Below are positions 9,980 through 20,076 of a stretch of 64,000 nucleotides of DNA, in pieces (positions within the stretch are counted from its first letter, which is position 1; the number at the start of each line of letters is the position of its first letter). The DNA comes from a bacterium (GTDB lineage Bacteria; Patescibacteriota; Minisyncoccia; Phycocordibacterales; UBA2100): assembly GCA_021781955.1 (NCBI GenBank), contig JAJXVV010000002.1, forward strand, positions 10,730 to 74,729, given 5' to 3'. A program made the position numbers and the translations under genes. The notes under the pieces are model-generated. The model was not told the origin of the DNA. It did no database searches and was given only the letters and a program-made list of their open reading frames with translations.

Positions 9980-10602
9980 TTGCCGAGGTTGGTCTTCAGG
10001 TTGCGTATCGAGGCGCCCGTCGTCACGAGGAACGTGCTCGTCGAGTTGCGCACCTCATCGAGCGGCACGAGGAGGCTCATCTGCACGTACGTCACGCTGT
10101 TGAGGTTGACCGGCTGCGCAAGCGGCGAGGACGTGCCCGCGTACGTTCCGCTGTAGTACTGGAAGACCTGGGTCGTCGTCGCGCTCAGGTTCTGCAGGAC
10201 CGGGGTCACCGCTTCGGTGGCGAGATTGTAGGCGCTGCCGCTCGGTTGCGTGATGCCCCGATACAGCGTCGTGCCGGAAACGAAGTAGCGGATGCGGACG
10301 ACTGAGGAGCCGTAACCGAAAGGGGAGAAGAAGATGATCTGCGAAGAGCTCGCCTGAATGACAGGGTATGAGCCGTCAACGCCGTACGACGCATCGCGTA
10401 AGGCATCGGTGAAGTCGCTCTCCGTTTTGCGCGCGGCGTCGAGCGCATTGATCGAGAGCGCCTGTTGGCCGGTATTCACGAGAAGCAGACGCAGGAGATC
10501 CGCCGCCGCGATGATCACGAGCCCGTAGACCGCGATGGTGACCAGCATTTCGATAAGGGTGAATCCGGCGATCCTTCCCATATTCGTTCTAGAGCGCGGC
10601 AT
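9976..10602 (-). CDS. prepilin-type N-terminal cleavage/methylation domain minor pilin (PilW-like)
   Basis: 208 aa; GFTLIEMLV class III signal-peptide motif. Confidence 0.6.
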   Translation of the reverse strand: MPRSRTNMGRIAGFTLIEMLVTIAVYGLVIIAAADLLRLLLVNTGQQALSINALDAARKTESDFTDALRDASYGVDGSYPVIQASSSQIIFFSPFGYGSSVVRIRYFVSGTTLYRGITQPSGSAYNLATEAVTPVLQNLSATTTQVFQYYSGTYAGTSSPLAQPVNLNSVTYVQMSLLVPLDEVRNSTSTFLVTTGASIRNLKTNLGN

Positions 10603-10608
10603 ACGTCA

Positions 10609-12444
10609 TTATGGTGAAAGTTGCACTTGCAGTACATTGTAGCCGCTGATGTTGGCGTTGCCGATTGTCGAGGTCGCGTACCCGTTCATGCTTACCGTGA
10701 TCGTGTAGTTGCTGTTGGACTGCAAGCCGGCGAACATCGCCTGGCCGGGTGAAAAGCAGCCGGCGACGTAGTTGACCGAGACGTTGCTCAAGACCGGCGT
10801 GGTCGAGGTACTTTGCGTCGCGAGGAACGCCCGATAGCGCAGGTAGCGGTTGTTGTTGAGCGACGAAGGAACGGTCTGTCCAGGCGTCGAGAAGTACGTC
10901 GAGGCGGTGCCGTCGGGCCCCACGAAATTCCATGTCGCATCATCATTATTCGCGGCGAGTTGGAACATGAGCGTGGTCGAAGCGCTTTGCGATGGCGGCG
11001 ACCACGAGAGCGTCGTGTACGAGGTCGAGGCGGTGCCAGTGTCGAACGATGAGGACGTCAGCATGCCCGACGTCTGGTAGGATCCAAAGACATCGCGCAG
11101 GCGCACGCCGGTCGGCAAGGTCGAAACGTCGATATTGCCGTCATCGGAGTAGTACATGGATGCCGTGGACGAGGAGAAGTCGTTCGAACCGGGTCCGCCG
11201 GACCAGTCGTCTTGGTAGAGCGTGCTGCCCGCCGTGTATTTGGTGGCATCGTAGCTCAGCCCCGCGTTGGAGAGTTCGACCGCTGCTCCTTCGATCGGGT
11301 TGCCGGTCGTCGCGTCTTTCACGATGACGAGCAAGCTATTCGCGGTCCTCGGACCGAGGATTAAAGTCGAGGCAAGTGACGTGTTCGGGAAGACGGTGAT
11401 CTGTTGAATGGGTGAAGATCCATAGATCATATAGCTCGACGATGTGATCGATGGCGTGTACGTATCCCACTCGAGCGGGTTGAGTACGATCTGTCCCGCG
11501 CCGTTCGTGGTGAATGTGGAGTCGTACTTGAGTATGTTTGGCGAGGTCCCGATGAGTTTCGTGCCGGTGATCTCGATACCGATCCCGCTCAACGGCTGGC
11601 AGGTCTGATCGAGCCCGTTGATGGTGAGACTGCTGTTTTTGTCGATGGAAAAACTGACTTGCGTGACCTGACCATTGCTGATAGTGGCGTCTGGCTTCAC
11701 AGGGTTTGGATTCTGCGCGGTGATGGGATAGGTCTGGTCGCTCGAGTAGCCGCTCTTCGTCGCGACGATGTGGTAACTGTTGGCGCTATTGGGTAATCCG
11801 ACCTCGACCCAGTCGCCATTACTATCGGTCGTACGGGTGAGGTTGATGGCGGGAGTGGTGGAACCGTTCGTGATCGCCACGGTCGCGTTCGGGACGGGGT
11901 CACCGACCGAATCGATTACCTGTATCGAGAGTGCCCCCCCGCTCGCAAGCCCCTCGAGTCCTTTCGGCACGATCGAGGTGACGAACGGTACGATAGTGCC
12001 GCTCGCCATGTTCTTTACGTAGATCTTGACCTGCTTGTAGTCGTTGGGTGCGGGATCGGTGCCCGCGAGCGCGGTGCCGTCCGCCGGATCGTCGACGTAG
12101 TTTACGACGTAGTAGATCTCATAGGGAATGCCTCCGAAGGTCGTCTGGAGCGCATTAGGCTGGTCGGGAAGGACGCCGGACGGATTGCCGTTCACCGTGC
12201 CGACCTCGGAGTAGGGAAGGTTGCGCACGAGCTCAAGGTAACGGTCTGCGAGCGCCGCGACCACGCTCTGGTCGCGGTACGCGCTTACCCCGCGAAGATC
12301 CGCCTGCACGACATCGAAGATCGCCATCGCGACCATCGTGAAGACGCTGATCGACACGATGACATCGATCAGGGTGAACCCCGTGGTCCGTATACGCGCG
12401 TGTCCCATGGTACGCAATACCGATTTTAGCATTGATATCCGCAC
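10609..12444 (-). CDS. large prepilin-type minor pilin (PilV/PilY-like adhesin candidate)
   Basis: 611 aa; leader then GFTLIDVIVSISVF; long beta-rich extracellular region. Confidence 0.55.
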   Translation of the reverse strand: MRISMLKSVLRTMGHARIRTTGFTLIDVIVSISVFTMVAMAIFDVVQADLRGVSAYRDQSVVAALADRYLELVRNLPYSEVGTVNGNPSGVLPDQPNALQTTFGGIPYEIYYVVNYVDDPADGTALAGTDPAPNDYKQVKIYVKNMASGTIVPFVTSIVPKGLEGLASGGALSIQVIDSVGDPVPNATVAITNGSTTPAINLTRTTDSNGDWVEVGLPNSANSYHIVATKSGYSSDQTYPITAQNPNPVKPDATISNGQVTQVSFSIDKNSSLTINGLDQTCQPLSGIGIEITGTKLIGTSPNILKYDSTFTTNGAGQIVLNPLEWDTYTPSITSSSYMIYGSSPIQQITVFPNTSLASTLILGPRTANSLLVIVKDATTGNPIEGAAVELSNAGLSYDATKYTAGSTLYQDDWSGGPGSNDFSSSTASMYYSDDGNIDVSTLPTGVRLRDVFGSYQTSGMLTSSSFDTGTASTSYTTLSWSPPSQSASTTLMFQLAANNDDATWNFVGPDGTASTYFSTPGQTVPSSLNNNRYLRYRAFLATQSTSTTPVLSNVSVNYVAGCFSPGQAMFAGLQSNSNYTITVSMNGYATSTIGNANISGYNVLQVQLSP

Positions 12445-12611
12445 GCCCGAACGCGATACGCCGTCGCTATCGTATAAGCGCGCAGGAGCGCACGCTGATT
12501 CCTTGTAAGTATCTTAAGCGGCGTCCGTCTTCCATGGTATGCTGATTGAGGTCTTGGGTCATCATGCTCGCAGACCATCGCGTCGGCATCTTATTAGTAA
12601 TTTCGTATCGT

Positions 12612-13751
12612 ATGAAATACCAATTAATCAATGTATCCGCTGCGCTCTTGCTCCTCGCCGCATCGGCGGGGGTGGCAAGCGCCGACACCTTGGCCGTGTC
12701 GTGTACCGGAGCGGCGTCCGGTTCTACTGTCACGTGGACGGCCACGAGCACCGGCGGCGTCGCGCCGGTCTCGTTCCTCTGGAGCGACGGCAGCACCTCG
12801 ATGATTGACGTCAAAACCTACGCGCCCGGGACGTACGCGACGACCATTCAGGGCACCGATGCGTCATCTTCGGTCGCGACGAGCGTCTGCTCGGCTACGA
12901 TCGCGCAGCCGCTGCCCTCGATTTCGTCGTTTATCGGGACGCCTTCTGCCATCGCGGCGGGGCAGAGCTCCGTTCTTTCTTGGGCAGTAAGTAATGCGAG
13001 CTCGACCTCGCTCGATCAGGGGATCGGAGCGATAACGAGCACCTCGATCACGGTCACTCCGAGCGTGACGACCACGTACACGCTCTCGGCAATCAATCCT
13101 CAGGGTACCGCGACCGCTACCGCGACCGTCATAGTCAATGCGACCGGCTCGACCGTGCAGCAGCAGATACAAGCGCTCATGGCCCAGATACGCGCACTGC
13201 AGCAGCAGATCGCACAGCTCATCTCGGGCGCGGCAGCAAGCAGTACTTCCTCCGCGACGACGCCGCCAATCGGCTTCGTTCCGCCGGGCCAGGTCGGCAA
13301 TGCGGCCTGCATGACCTTCTCGCGCGACCTCGGTGAGGGCTCGCGCGGCGAAGACGTGACGCAGCTCCAGCAGATGCTCGCGGGCGATCCCTCGCTCGGA
13401 TTCAGCGTGAACCCGACGGGCTACTTCGGCCAGCTCACGTCCCGCGCGCTCGCGCGTTTCCAGGAACAGGAAGGTATTGCCTCGTCCACCTCAGGCGGCA
13501 CGGTCGGCCCGCTGACCCGCGGCTTCTTCGAGCGCCGCTGCGGCGGCGAGGGCCTTACCGGCGGCACCGGCATACAGCAACAGGTGCCAGAACAGCAGCA
13601 GGAACAGGAACAAAACGGCTCCGCGCTATCCTCTTCTTCATCCGCAACAGCCGCATCCTCATCGGCAGAGGGGCTGTTCCACGGCTGGCTCAATCCGTTC
13701 AACCCGAATGGCAGTGACAACGGTAATGGCAATGGCCACGGCGACAATTAG
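12612..13751 (+). CDS. secreted protein with Ig-like repeats, Q-rich coiled coil and peptidoglycan-binding (PG_binding_1-like) domain
   Basis: signal peptide MKYQLINVSAALLLLAASAGVASA; GEDVTQLQQMLAGDPS...GYFGQLTSRALARFQEQEGI resembles PG-binding domain. Confidence 0.55.
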   Translation: MKYQLINVSAALLLLAASAGVASADTLAVSCTGAASGSTVTWTATSTGGVAPVSFLWSDGSTSMIDVKTYAPGTYATTIQGTDASSSVATSVCSATIAQPLPSISSFIGTPSAIAAGQSSVLSWAVSNASSTSLDQGIGAITSTSITVTPSVTTTYTLSAINPQGTATATATVIVNATGSTVQQQIQALMAQIRALQQQIAQLISGAAASSTSSATTPPIGFVPPGQVGNAACMTFSRDLGEGSRGEDVTQLQQMLAGDPSLGFSVNPTGYFGQLTSRALARFQEQEGIASSTSGGTVGPLTRGFFERRCGGEGLTGGTGIQQQVPEQQQEQEQNGSALSSSSSATAASSSAEGLFHGWLNPFNPNGSDNGNGNGHGDN

Positions 13752-13782
13752 CGCGTCGGCGCCTCATCCGTGTGAACCGAAC

Positions 13783-13814
13783 ACGCCCGAGCTTTCGCTC
13801 GGGCGTGTTCTTGT
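13783..13814 (+). terminator. perfect 14-bp stem-loop downstream of 12612..13751
   Basis: GAACACGCCCGAGC-tttcg-CTCGGGCGTGTTC. Confidence 0.5.
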
Positions 13815-13889
13815 GATGCAGTTCCTGGCCATGTCGATAACCATAGCTTGAGTTCACGAAAGGAAAAGGGGGCGCACGCCCCCCCAGCT

Positions 13890-14234
13890 TCACTGATCTT
13901 CGAGGTATACGCGCCCTTCAAAGCCGCCGCGCTCTTTGCGCTTGAGCTTTATTCGCGCACGGACGTTCGATGCTCGGATGCCGAGTGTGGCGCGCAACGC
14001 CGCGAGGATCTCCTCGACGTCGGCAAGCTCGTCAATGACCTTCTCGACCCTGGAAACGGTCGACCCACCAGCAAGCCCTGCCAATGCAACATGCAGCTCG
14101 CTCGATTCTTCGACAAGTTTGCGTCCAAGCTCGGAACGGTAGTCGACATCGTTGACGAGTATGCGCGTTCGCGGCGCGCGCCCTCCGTCGCGCTTGATCC
14201 TCTCGGGAATCCTATCTCGCACCAGCTTACCCAT
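13890..14234 (-). CDS. MazG-like / all-alpha nucleoside triphosphate pyrophosphohydrolase family protein
   Basis: 114 aa from MGKLVRDRIPE (characteristic N-term of MazG-like NTP-PPase family). Confidence 0.5.
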   Translation of the reverse strand: MGKLVRDRIPERIKRDGGRAPRTRILVNDVDYRSELGRKLVEESSELHVALAGLAGGSTVSRVEKVIDELADVEEILAALRATLGIRASNVRARIKLKRKERGGFEGRVYLEDQ

Positions 14235-14422
14235 CCGGACCTCTCCTCTTAGACTCGCCACGGGTGTGGCCCGAGGCGAGTATAGACCAACTCGGCTAAA
14301 GCTGCACCTTCACCGGGTCCTTGGCAGTGGGCCACGCGGGTTACGCGCCCGCTGACATCAAGCAGCGCGAGGGTTTCCGAGCGACTTGGCGACTCGCGGG
14401 TTTGCGTATTGTCGGCCGGGAA

Positions 14423-14965
14423 TTAGAAATCAAACTCGTGTGTTACAGCATTGTCGGTATCCCATGCTGTTTTCTGCGGGTAGAGCGCATGCATCGCATT
14501 GATGATGCCGCCATGTGCAGTGACGACGATGATCTTGTCTTTGTGTTCTCGAAATAATGAATCGACGAAAGTCTTCACGCGATTTTTCACTTGCTCACCC
14601 GATTCGCCCCCATAGGGCGTGTAATCGTAAGTGCATTCAAGGTCATGTTGGGAAAAGAGCGGATCGCCCGTTATGCGCGTAGCTTCTTCCCACGTGTGAG
14701 TGGAAAGTGAGCCGTTACTGCACTCTTTGACCTCGTCGCGAAATTCAATCGGAAGATGTAACTTCTCATTGATGATTGCGGCGGTTTCCGCAGCACGCTT
14801 GAGCGGCGAAGAAATGATGCTATCGATATGCATCGTTAATCTTTCACGCGCGGTCCTTACCTGCTCCTCGCCACGTTCCGTAAGTGGCGAGTCTATTTCC
14901 TGCCCGGCCAGTATACCTGCCGCGTTCGCTTCACTTTGGCCATGCCGAACAAAGATGAGTTTCAT
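14423..14965 (-). CDS. histidine phosphatase (phosphoglycerate mutase-like) family protein
   Basis: MKLIFVRHGQSEANAAG catalytic RHG motif at N-terminus. Confidence 0.7.
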   Translation of the reverse strand: MKLIFVRHGQSEANAAGILAGQEIDSPLTERGEEQVRTARERLTMHIDSIISSPLKRAAETAAIINEKLHLPIEFRDEVKECSNGSLSTHTWEEATRITGDPLFSQHDLECTYDYTPYGGESGEQVKNRVKTFVDSLFREHKDKIIVVTAHGGIINAMHALYPQKTAWDTDNAVTHEFDF

Positions 14966-15141
14966 GTGGCGATTGTAGCTCATTACCGGATTTAAGGTAG
15001 TCGGGTCTTGTCCGATACTGCGAACCACTTGGCGGAGGCGGAGGGACCCTAACGACTCGGGTCGTACTTTCGCCATGGCTTAAAATCTAACAATTCTGGT
15101 TTCCGCTAGAAAAGTTCGAATCTCGGCGGGGTTACGTACCC

Positions 15142-15723
15142 TCAGCCAGCGATCGCCGCAATGATCTCGTTTGTCTTCCGCACCCTGCCCATCCGCGGGA
15201 ATATTTTTCCGATGGCGAACGCATGATCCGATGCGTCTTGCGAAGCGCACGCGTCTTCCGCGAAAATCTGGTTGTATCCGTATTCATACGCGAAGCGCGC
15301 CGTGCTCTCAACGCCGATATTAGTAGAGATGCCGCACAGGACGATCGTGTCGATGCCGCGCCGCCGCAGTTGCAGGTCGAGTTCGGTACCATAGAAAGCG
15401 CCCCACTGGTGCTTGGTGATAACAAAATCGGTCGGCTCCGGCCCAAGTTCAGGCACGACGGTCGCCCAATCCTCGGGCATGTCGCGCATCTGCATTGACG
15501 CGTCGGTGATCGGGTGCAGCGCGTCCTTCTTGTCAGGCGAGGGCGTCACGCGCACGAGAAAAACAGGCATGCCGTTCTTTCGGAACGTCTGTGCGAGTGT
15601 TGCCGCGTTTTCGATGACATCAGCAGCTGAGCTTGGCGCCGTCTGCATCGCCGCGATGCCTTTTTGCAAGTCTATGATGACGAGCGCTGTTTTTAATGTA
15701 TCGATTGAGAGCAATTCAGTCAT
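15142..15723 (-). CDS. isochorismatase-family cysteine hydrolase
   Basis: 193 aa; ALVIIDLQKG motif, catalytic Cys region IVLCGISTNIGVESTAR. Confidence 0.75.
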   Translation of the reverse strand: MTELLSIDTLKTALVIIDLQKGIAAMQTAPSSAADVIENAATLAQTFRKNGMPVFLVRVTPSPDKKDALHPITDASMQMRDMPEDWATVVPELGPEPTDFVITKHQWGAFYGTELDLQLRRRGIDTIVLCGISTNIGVESTARFAYEYGYNQIFAEDACASQDASDHAFAIGKIFPRMGRVRKTNEIIAAIAG

Positions 15724-15735
15724 ATCCGGATAGTA

Positions 15736-15990
15736 CTACATCCCCACCTTCGAGTACATGTATGCGCTCAACAGCGAGATGACGAGCGTCGTCACGAAAA
15801 GAACCGAGAGATCGAGAGTTATCCCGGCGCCCGTGCCGGCGATCAGCGCCGCCCGCACGCCGTCGACCATGGAGTTGAGCGGATTGATCGTGGCGACGAA
15901 CTGAAGCAAGCCGGGCATGATCGAGATCGGATATATGGCGCTCGAGGCGAAGAAGAGCGGCAGCGTGATGACCTGCCCAATACGGCAGTG
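15736..15990 (-). pseudogene. C-terminal fragment of an ABC-2 type transporter permease (no N-terminal part)
   Basis: frame translates ...RIGQVITLPLFFASSAIYPISIMPGLLQFVATINPLNSMVDGVRAAL... (ABC-2 C-terminal signature) but is only ~85 codons, bounded by a stop just inside the integrase fragment. Confidence 0.45.
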
Positions 15991-16749
15991 TTCAGTAAGT
16001 GTTTGGCCACAGCATATGAGTGGCTAAAGCTCACGGGTACGCCGCCTAAGGTGATGTGGCTCAAATGCCCGCCACCCCGTACGGACTTTCTTTCTCCTGA
16101 CGAATGCGCACTCTTGCTCTCCAAAGCGGATAGCACAATCAGAGAAATGATCCTGACCGCATTGCGCACTGGTATGCGACACGGTGAGCTTACGGGTCTT
16201 CAGTGGAGCTCGATCGATTGGGAGAATCGAAACATTACGGTTCGACACTCCCGCTGTGACCGTACTGGCACGCTAGACACGCCAAAGAGCAACCGCGAGC
16301 GGCATATCCCGATGGATGCCGACGTGTACGAAATGCTGTTCAAAAGGCGGCGCAGTACCGGCTACGTGTTCCTCGATAGAAACGGCACGAAACCGTTCAC
16401 GAGCTCTCGAATGATTCGAGAACTGCGGGAAGTGCGCTACCGAGCGGGTCTAAGGCCTCTAGGATGGCATACGCTACGCCATACGTTCGCTTCGCACTTG
16501 GCGATGCGCGGGACGCCGCTGCACGCCGTACAGGCGCTTCTAGGGCACTCTACGATCTCTACGACGATGCGATACGCGCACGTAGCGCCTTCGACGCTTC
16601 GAACAGCAATCGACATGCTGAATCCAAAATCAGCCCTCAAAGCTGATTTTGGGCAGCCGGTGGGCAACCAGTGGCAAGCGACACTGCAAGAACAAAACGC
16701 TCAAGAAATCTCTGTGTCGCAAAAGACAAGAGTACAAGCCAAAGAATGA
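15988..16749 (+). pseudogene. tyrosine recombinase/integrase, catalytic domain only (N-terminally truncated, GTG 'start')
   Basis: HTLRHTFASHLAMRGTPLHAVQALLGHSTISTTMRYAHV (R..HxxR..Y catalytic box) present; SAM-like N-domain absent; abuts tRNA-Ser. Confidence 0.65.
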
Positions 16750-16784
16750 AGCGCGATGTTTATGTGTTCATCAAAAACTCTTTG

Positions 16785-16871
16785 CGGAGAGGGAGGGATT
16801 CGAACCCTCGGAACGGTTTCCCGTTCAACACATTAGCAGTGTGCTCCATTCGACCGCTCTGGCACCTCTCC
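16785..16871 (-). tRNA. tRNA-Ser (anticodon GCT), type II with long variable arm; CCA not encoded
   Basis: rc folds as GGAGAGG/CCTCTCC acceptor, anticodon stem GCACA/TGTGT, loop CTGCTAA, long variable arm, T-arm GAGGG-TTCGAAT-CCCTC. Confidence 0.85.
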
Positions 16872-17004
16872 AATTTCTGCGGTGTCGATGCAGTATACCG
16901 ATACTTGAGCACTTGCGCGAGCGTATGAAAGTTATGCACACTTGCCGCGCGCGGGCGGTTCCGTCCCGCAAAAGTTGGTATGCTACCGGTACAGCCCATC
17001 AGAA

Positions 17005-17886
17005 ATGAACACCGACACGACGCTGCTCGAACGGACGAAAGACAAGCGGCCGCTTCTCGAAGGCTTGAGCGCTGACGCACGCAGAACGTCGCGGCCTTCC
17101 ATACTCATGTGCGCGCCGGAGCACTACGATATCGAGTACGAAATCAACCCCTGGATGCACGAAGAGAACCCCGTCATCCCGAATCTGGCGGCAGCGCAGT
17201 GGAGCGACCTGCGCGGTATCTATATGCAACGGCTCGGCTGGGACGTGCGGCTGGTGGAACCGGTGGCCGGGCTACCGGACATGGTGTTCACCGCTAACGG
17301 CGGCTTCGTGCTCGGCGACAAGGTGATGCTGCCGCATTTCCGGCATCCCGATCGGCAGGGTGAGACCGCACGCTTCGAAGCGTGGTACAAAAGCGCGGGG
17401 TATCGGGAGATCGTCATGCCCAAATACGACAACGAAGGGGAAGGCGACGTGCTCCTGTGGAACGACGTGCTCTTCGCCGGCTACCCATGGCGCTCCGACA
17501 GGGCTTCGCACAAAGAGCTCGCGGAGTTCTTCGGTTTGCGCGTCGTGAGCCTGCAGCTCATCGACGCGCGCTTCTATCACCTCGACACCGCCTTTACCGT
17601 CATCGATAGCTCGACCGTCGCGCTCTATCCGAAAGCGTTCACCGAAGAGAGCATTGCCGCGGTGCGCAAGCTCGTGCCCACGGTCATCGAGGCGACCGAC
17701 GACGACGCGCTCGCGTACGGATTGAACGCGATGAGCGACGGTGGCACCATCGTCATGCCTTCGGGCGCGGCGCACTTGGCAGGAGAATATCGCGCACGCG
17801 GGCTCAGCGTCATCGAAACATCCATCAGCGAGTACCAGAAAGCGGGCGGCGGCGTGAAGTGCCTCACGCTCGTGCTGCACGAATGA
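17005..17886 (+). CDS. amidinotransferase / DDAH / arginine-deiminase superfamily hydrolase
   Basis: 293 aa; C-terminal GGGVKCLTLVL catalytic-Cys motif of the pentein/amidinotransferase fold. Confidence 0.6.
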   Translation: MNTDTTLLERTKDKRPLLEGLSADARRTSRPSILMCAPEHYDIEYEINPWMHEENPVIPNLAAAQWSDLRGIYMQRLGWDVRLVEPVAGLPDMVFTANGGFVLGDKVMLPHFRHPDRQGETARFEAWYKSAGYREIVMPKYDNEGEGDVLLWNDVLFAGYPWRSDRASHKELAEFFGLRVVSLQLIDARFYHLDTAFTVIDSSTVALYPKAFTEESIAAVRKLVPTVIEATDDDALAYGLNAMSDGGTIVMPSGAAHLAGEYRARGLSVIETSISEYQKAGGGVKCLTLVLHE

Positions 17887-17888
17887 GT

Positions 17889-18551
17889 TCAGGCTCTCGC
17901 GAGCGCCAAAAGCGTAACCTCGGCGCCCGCACGGCACAGCGGCGCGGCGGCGTGCACGAGCGTAGCGCCGGTCGTCGTGACGTCGTCGATGAGGAAGACG
18001 CGCGTATGCGCGACGAGCTGCTCGTCCCCGACCTCGAACGCGCCAGCCACGTTACGCAACCGCTCGTTGCGATGCAGCCGCGTTTGCGGGCGCGTCGCTT
18101 TGGTGCGTACCAGTGCGCCTGGCGCAAGCGCGGAAAGCGTGCCGTCGCGCATCTCGGCGGGAAGCGTGCGCAGCACGAGCTCGATCTGATTGAAACCGCG
18201 CTCCCGGGCGCGGCTCTTATGGAGCGGTATTGGTACGAGCAAGATCTTCTTTGCGGAAAAGCGATGCACATTCGCGAGCTCCTCGCGTAGGTAGTCGGCG
18301 AGCGCCTGCGCGGCGAGTCGTGCGGCCGCTGCGGAGCCGTCATACTTGAGCGCGCGGATGAGATCTCGCGCCGCTTCGTCGCGATAGTTGAAAAGCGTCG
18401 TGATGCGCGTGCCGAGGAGCTCGTGCGCGACGGGGGAGAGCGGGAGATTCTCGGCGCTTCGCGCACGCGTGCGCGAAGCGCGCGGCGAAAGCGGCGCCAC
18501 TGCGTCCAAAAGCGCCTCGCATGCTCGGCGCGCTATCTCCATGACCCCCAT
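17889..18551 (-). CDS. comFC: ComF-family phosphoribosyltransferase-domain competence protein
   Basis: RGFNQ...VFLIDDVTTTGATL PRTase motif as in ComFC; no N-terminal Zn ribbon. Confidence 0.65.
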   Translation of the reverse strand: MGVMEIARRACEALLDAVAPLSPRASRTRARSAENLPLSPVAHELLGTRITTLFNYRDEAARDLIRALKYDGSAAAARLAAQALADYLREELANVHRFSAKKILLVPIPLHKSRARERGFNQIELVLRTLPAEMRDGTLSALAPGALVRTKATRPQTRLHRNERLRNVAGAFEVGDEQLVAHTRVFLIDDVTTTGATLVHAAAPLCRAGAEVTLLALARA

Positions 18552-18585
18552 TCACGCCATTGTATCTCGGTGGTACACTCCCGAC

Positions 18586-18912
18586 ATGCAATTGGCAGAG
18601 AAAAAGTGCGTGGCGTGCGAAGGCGGTATCCCGCCGCTCTCCCGCTCGCAAGCGGAGCCTCTTATGAAAGAGTTGCAGGGCTGGACCTTGAGCGGCGATA
18701 CGCGCTGGATATCGAAGGAATTCAAGTTCGCCGACTTCGCGGGCGCGATGAAGTTCGCCGATGCCGTCGCTTCCATCGCGGAAGCGGAGCAGCACCATCC
18801 CGATCTCCAGATCTCGTGGGGCAAGACGGTCGTTGAGCTCACGACGCACGCGCTCAAGGGGCTCTCCGAGAACGATTTCATCATAGCGGCGAAGGTCGAT
18901 AAGATAGCGTGA
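18586..18912 (+). CDS. pterin-4-alpha-carbinolamine dehydratase (PCD/DCoH)
   Basis: 108 aa; EAEQHHPDL...W...V.L.TH signature. Confidence 0.75.
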   Translation: MQLAEKKCVACEGGIPPLSRSQAEPLMKELQGWTLSGDTRWISKEFKFADFAGAMKFADAVASIAEAEQHHPDLQISWGKTVVELTTHALKGLSENDFIIAAKVDKIA

Positions 18913-18924
18913 TACAATTCAGCG

Positions 18925-20070
18925 ATGGCCTTCTCGCTCGGAGGTTTGTTCAAGGGCATCAAGTTCGGCGGCTCGGGCGAGTCGAGTATTCTCGGCATCG
19001 ACATCGGCTCTTCGAGCGCCAAAGTGGTGCAGTTGCGCGCGTCGAAAGGCGCGGCAATACTCGAAACCTACGGCGAGATCGCGCTCGGTCCCTACGGCAA
19101 TCAATCGATCGGCAAGGTCGTGAAGCTCTCGCCCGAGAAGATCGCCGAGGCGATCAAGGACGTCATGCGCGAGGCGAACGTCACTGCGCGCGTCGGCGGG
19201 CTCTCGATACCGTTCTCTTCGAGCCTCGTTACGGTCGTCGATCTGCCCAATGTGAACCAGGAGCAGCTCAAACGCATGATCCCCATCGAGGCGCGCAAGT
19301 ACATTCCGCTCCCCATTAACGAGGTAACGCTCGATTGGTTCCAAATCCCGCGCGAGGAAGGGCAGCAGAGCGCGTTCGATCGCGTCAACAAAGAGACGAC
19401 ACTGCAGGCGAAGGGGCAGGAGGTGCTTTTGGTCGCGATACACAACGTCATCCTGCGCACCTACCAGACGATATCGGCCGCGCTCGGCCTCACGATCCAG
19501 TTCTACGAGATCGAGATTTTCGGCGCGGTGCGTTCGTCGGTCGGGCACGGCATCGCGCCGGTCGTCGTCGTCGACATCGGCGCAGCGACCTCAAAAGTCT
19601 ACGTCGTCGAGCGCGGCATCATCCGCTACTCGCACCTGGTCTCGATCGGCGGGCAGCATATGACGGAGACGCTGGCCCGCTCGATGGGGTGGGAGTTCGA
19701 TAAGGCGGAGCGCATCAAGCGCGAGCACGGGCTTCTCGCCTCCAATGCGTACTCGCCCGACGAGAACGACCGCATCAAAACGGCACTGCTATCCACACTC
19801 TCGCGCGTGTTCTCTGAGGTAAATCGGGTACTATTGAGCTACGGTCAGCGATACAATAAGAACGTATCGCGCGTAGTCTTGACGGGTGGCGGAGCATCGC
19901 TTCCCGGACTTGCGGAGGCGGCGGCACAATCGCTCTCGGCGGAGGTAGAGGTGGCTCGGCCGTTCGCACATACGCAGGCCCCGGCTTTCCTCGAGAATGT
20001 CTTGCGAGAGATCGGCCCAGGTTTTTCGGTCGCTCTCGGGGTCGCGCTTCGCAAGCTCAAGAACGGTTAA
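18925..20070 (+). CDS. pilM: type IV pilus assembly protein PilM (actin-like ATPase fold)
   Basis: ILGIDIGSSSAKVVQL N-terminal actin-like motif; followed by PilN/O-like genes. Confidence 0.8.
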   Translation: MAFSLGGLFKGIKFGGSGESSILGIDIGSSSAKVVQLRASKGAAILETYGEIALGPYGNQSIGKVVKLSPEKIAEAIKDVMREANVTARVGGLSIPFSSSLVTVVDLPNVNQEQLKRMIPIEARKYIPLPINEVTLDWFQIPREEGQQSAFDRVNKETTLQAKGQEVLLVAIHNVILRTYQTISAALGLTIQFYEIEIFGAVRSSVGHGIAPVVVVDIGAATSKVYVVERGIIRYSHLVSIGGQHMTETLARSMGWEFDKAERIKREHGLLASNAYSPDENDRIKTALLSTLSRVFSEVNRVLLSYGQRYNKNVSRVVLTGGGASLPGLAEAAAQSLSAEVEVARPFAHTQAPAFLENVLREIGPGFSVALGVALRKLKNG

Positions 20071-20076
20071 TGTGAT

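Larger units (their letters stand above)
15736..16871. mobile_element. remnant of a tRNA-Ser-associated integrative element (decayed integrase + gene fragment)
   Basis: truncated integrase immediately next to the tRNA-Ser 3' end, flanked by a permease gene fragment. Confidence 0.45.

Noticed and set aside
16649-17008. ORFs overlapping tRNA-Ser (119 aa and others)
   Set aside because: They run through a clearly folding tRNA gene and the promoter region of the amidinotransferase; no coding signal.
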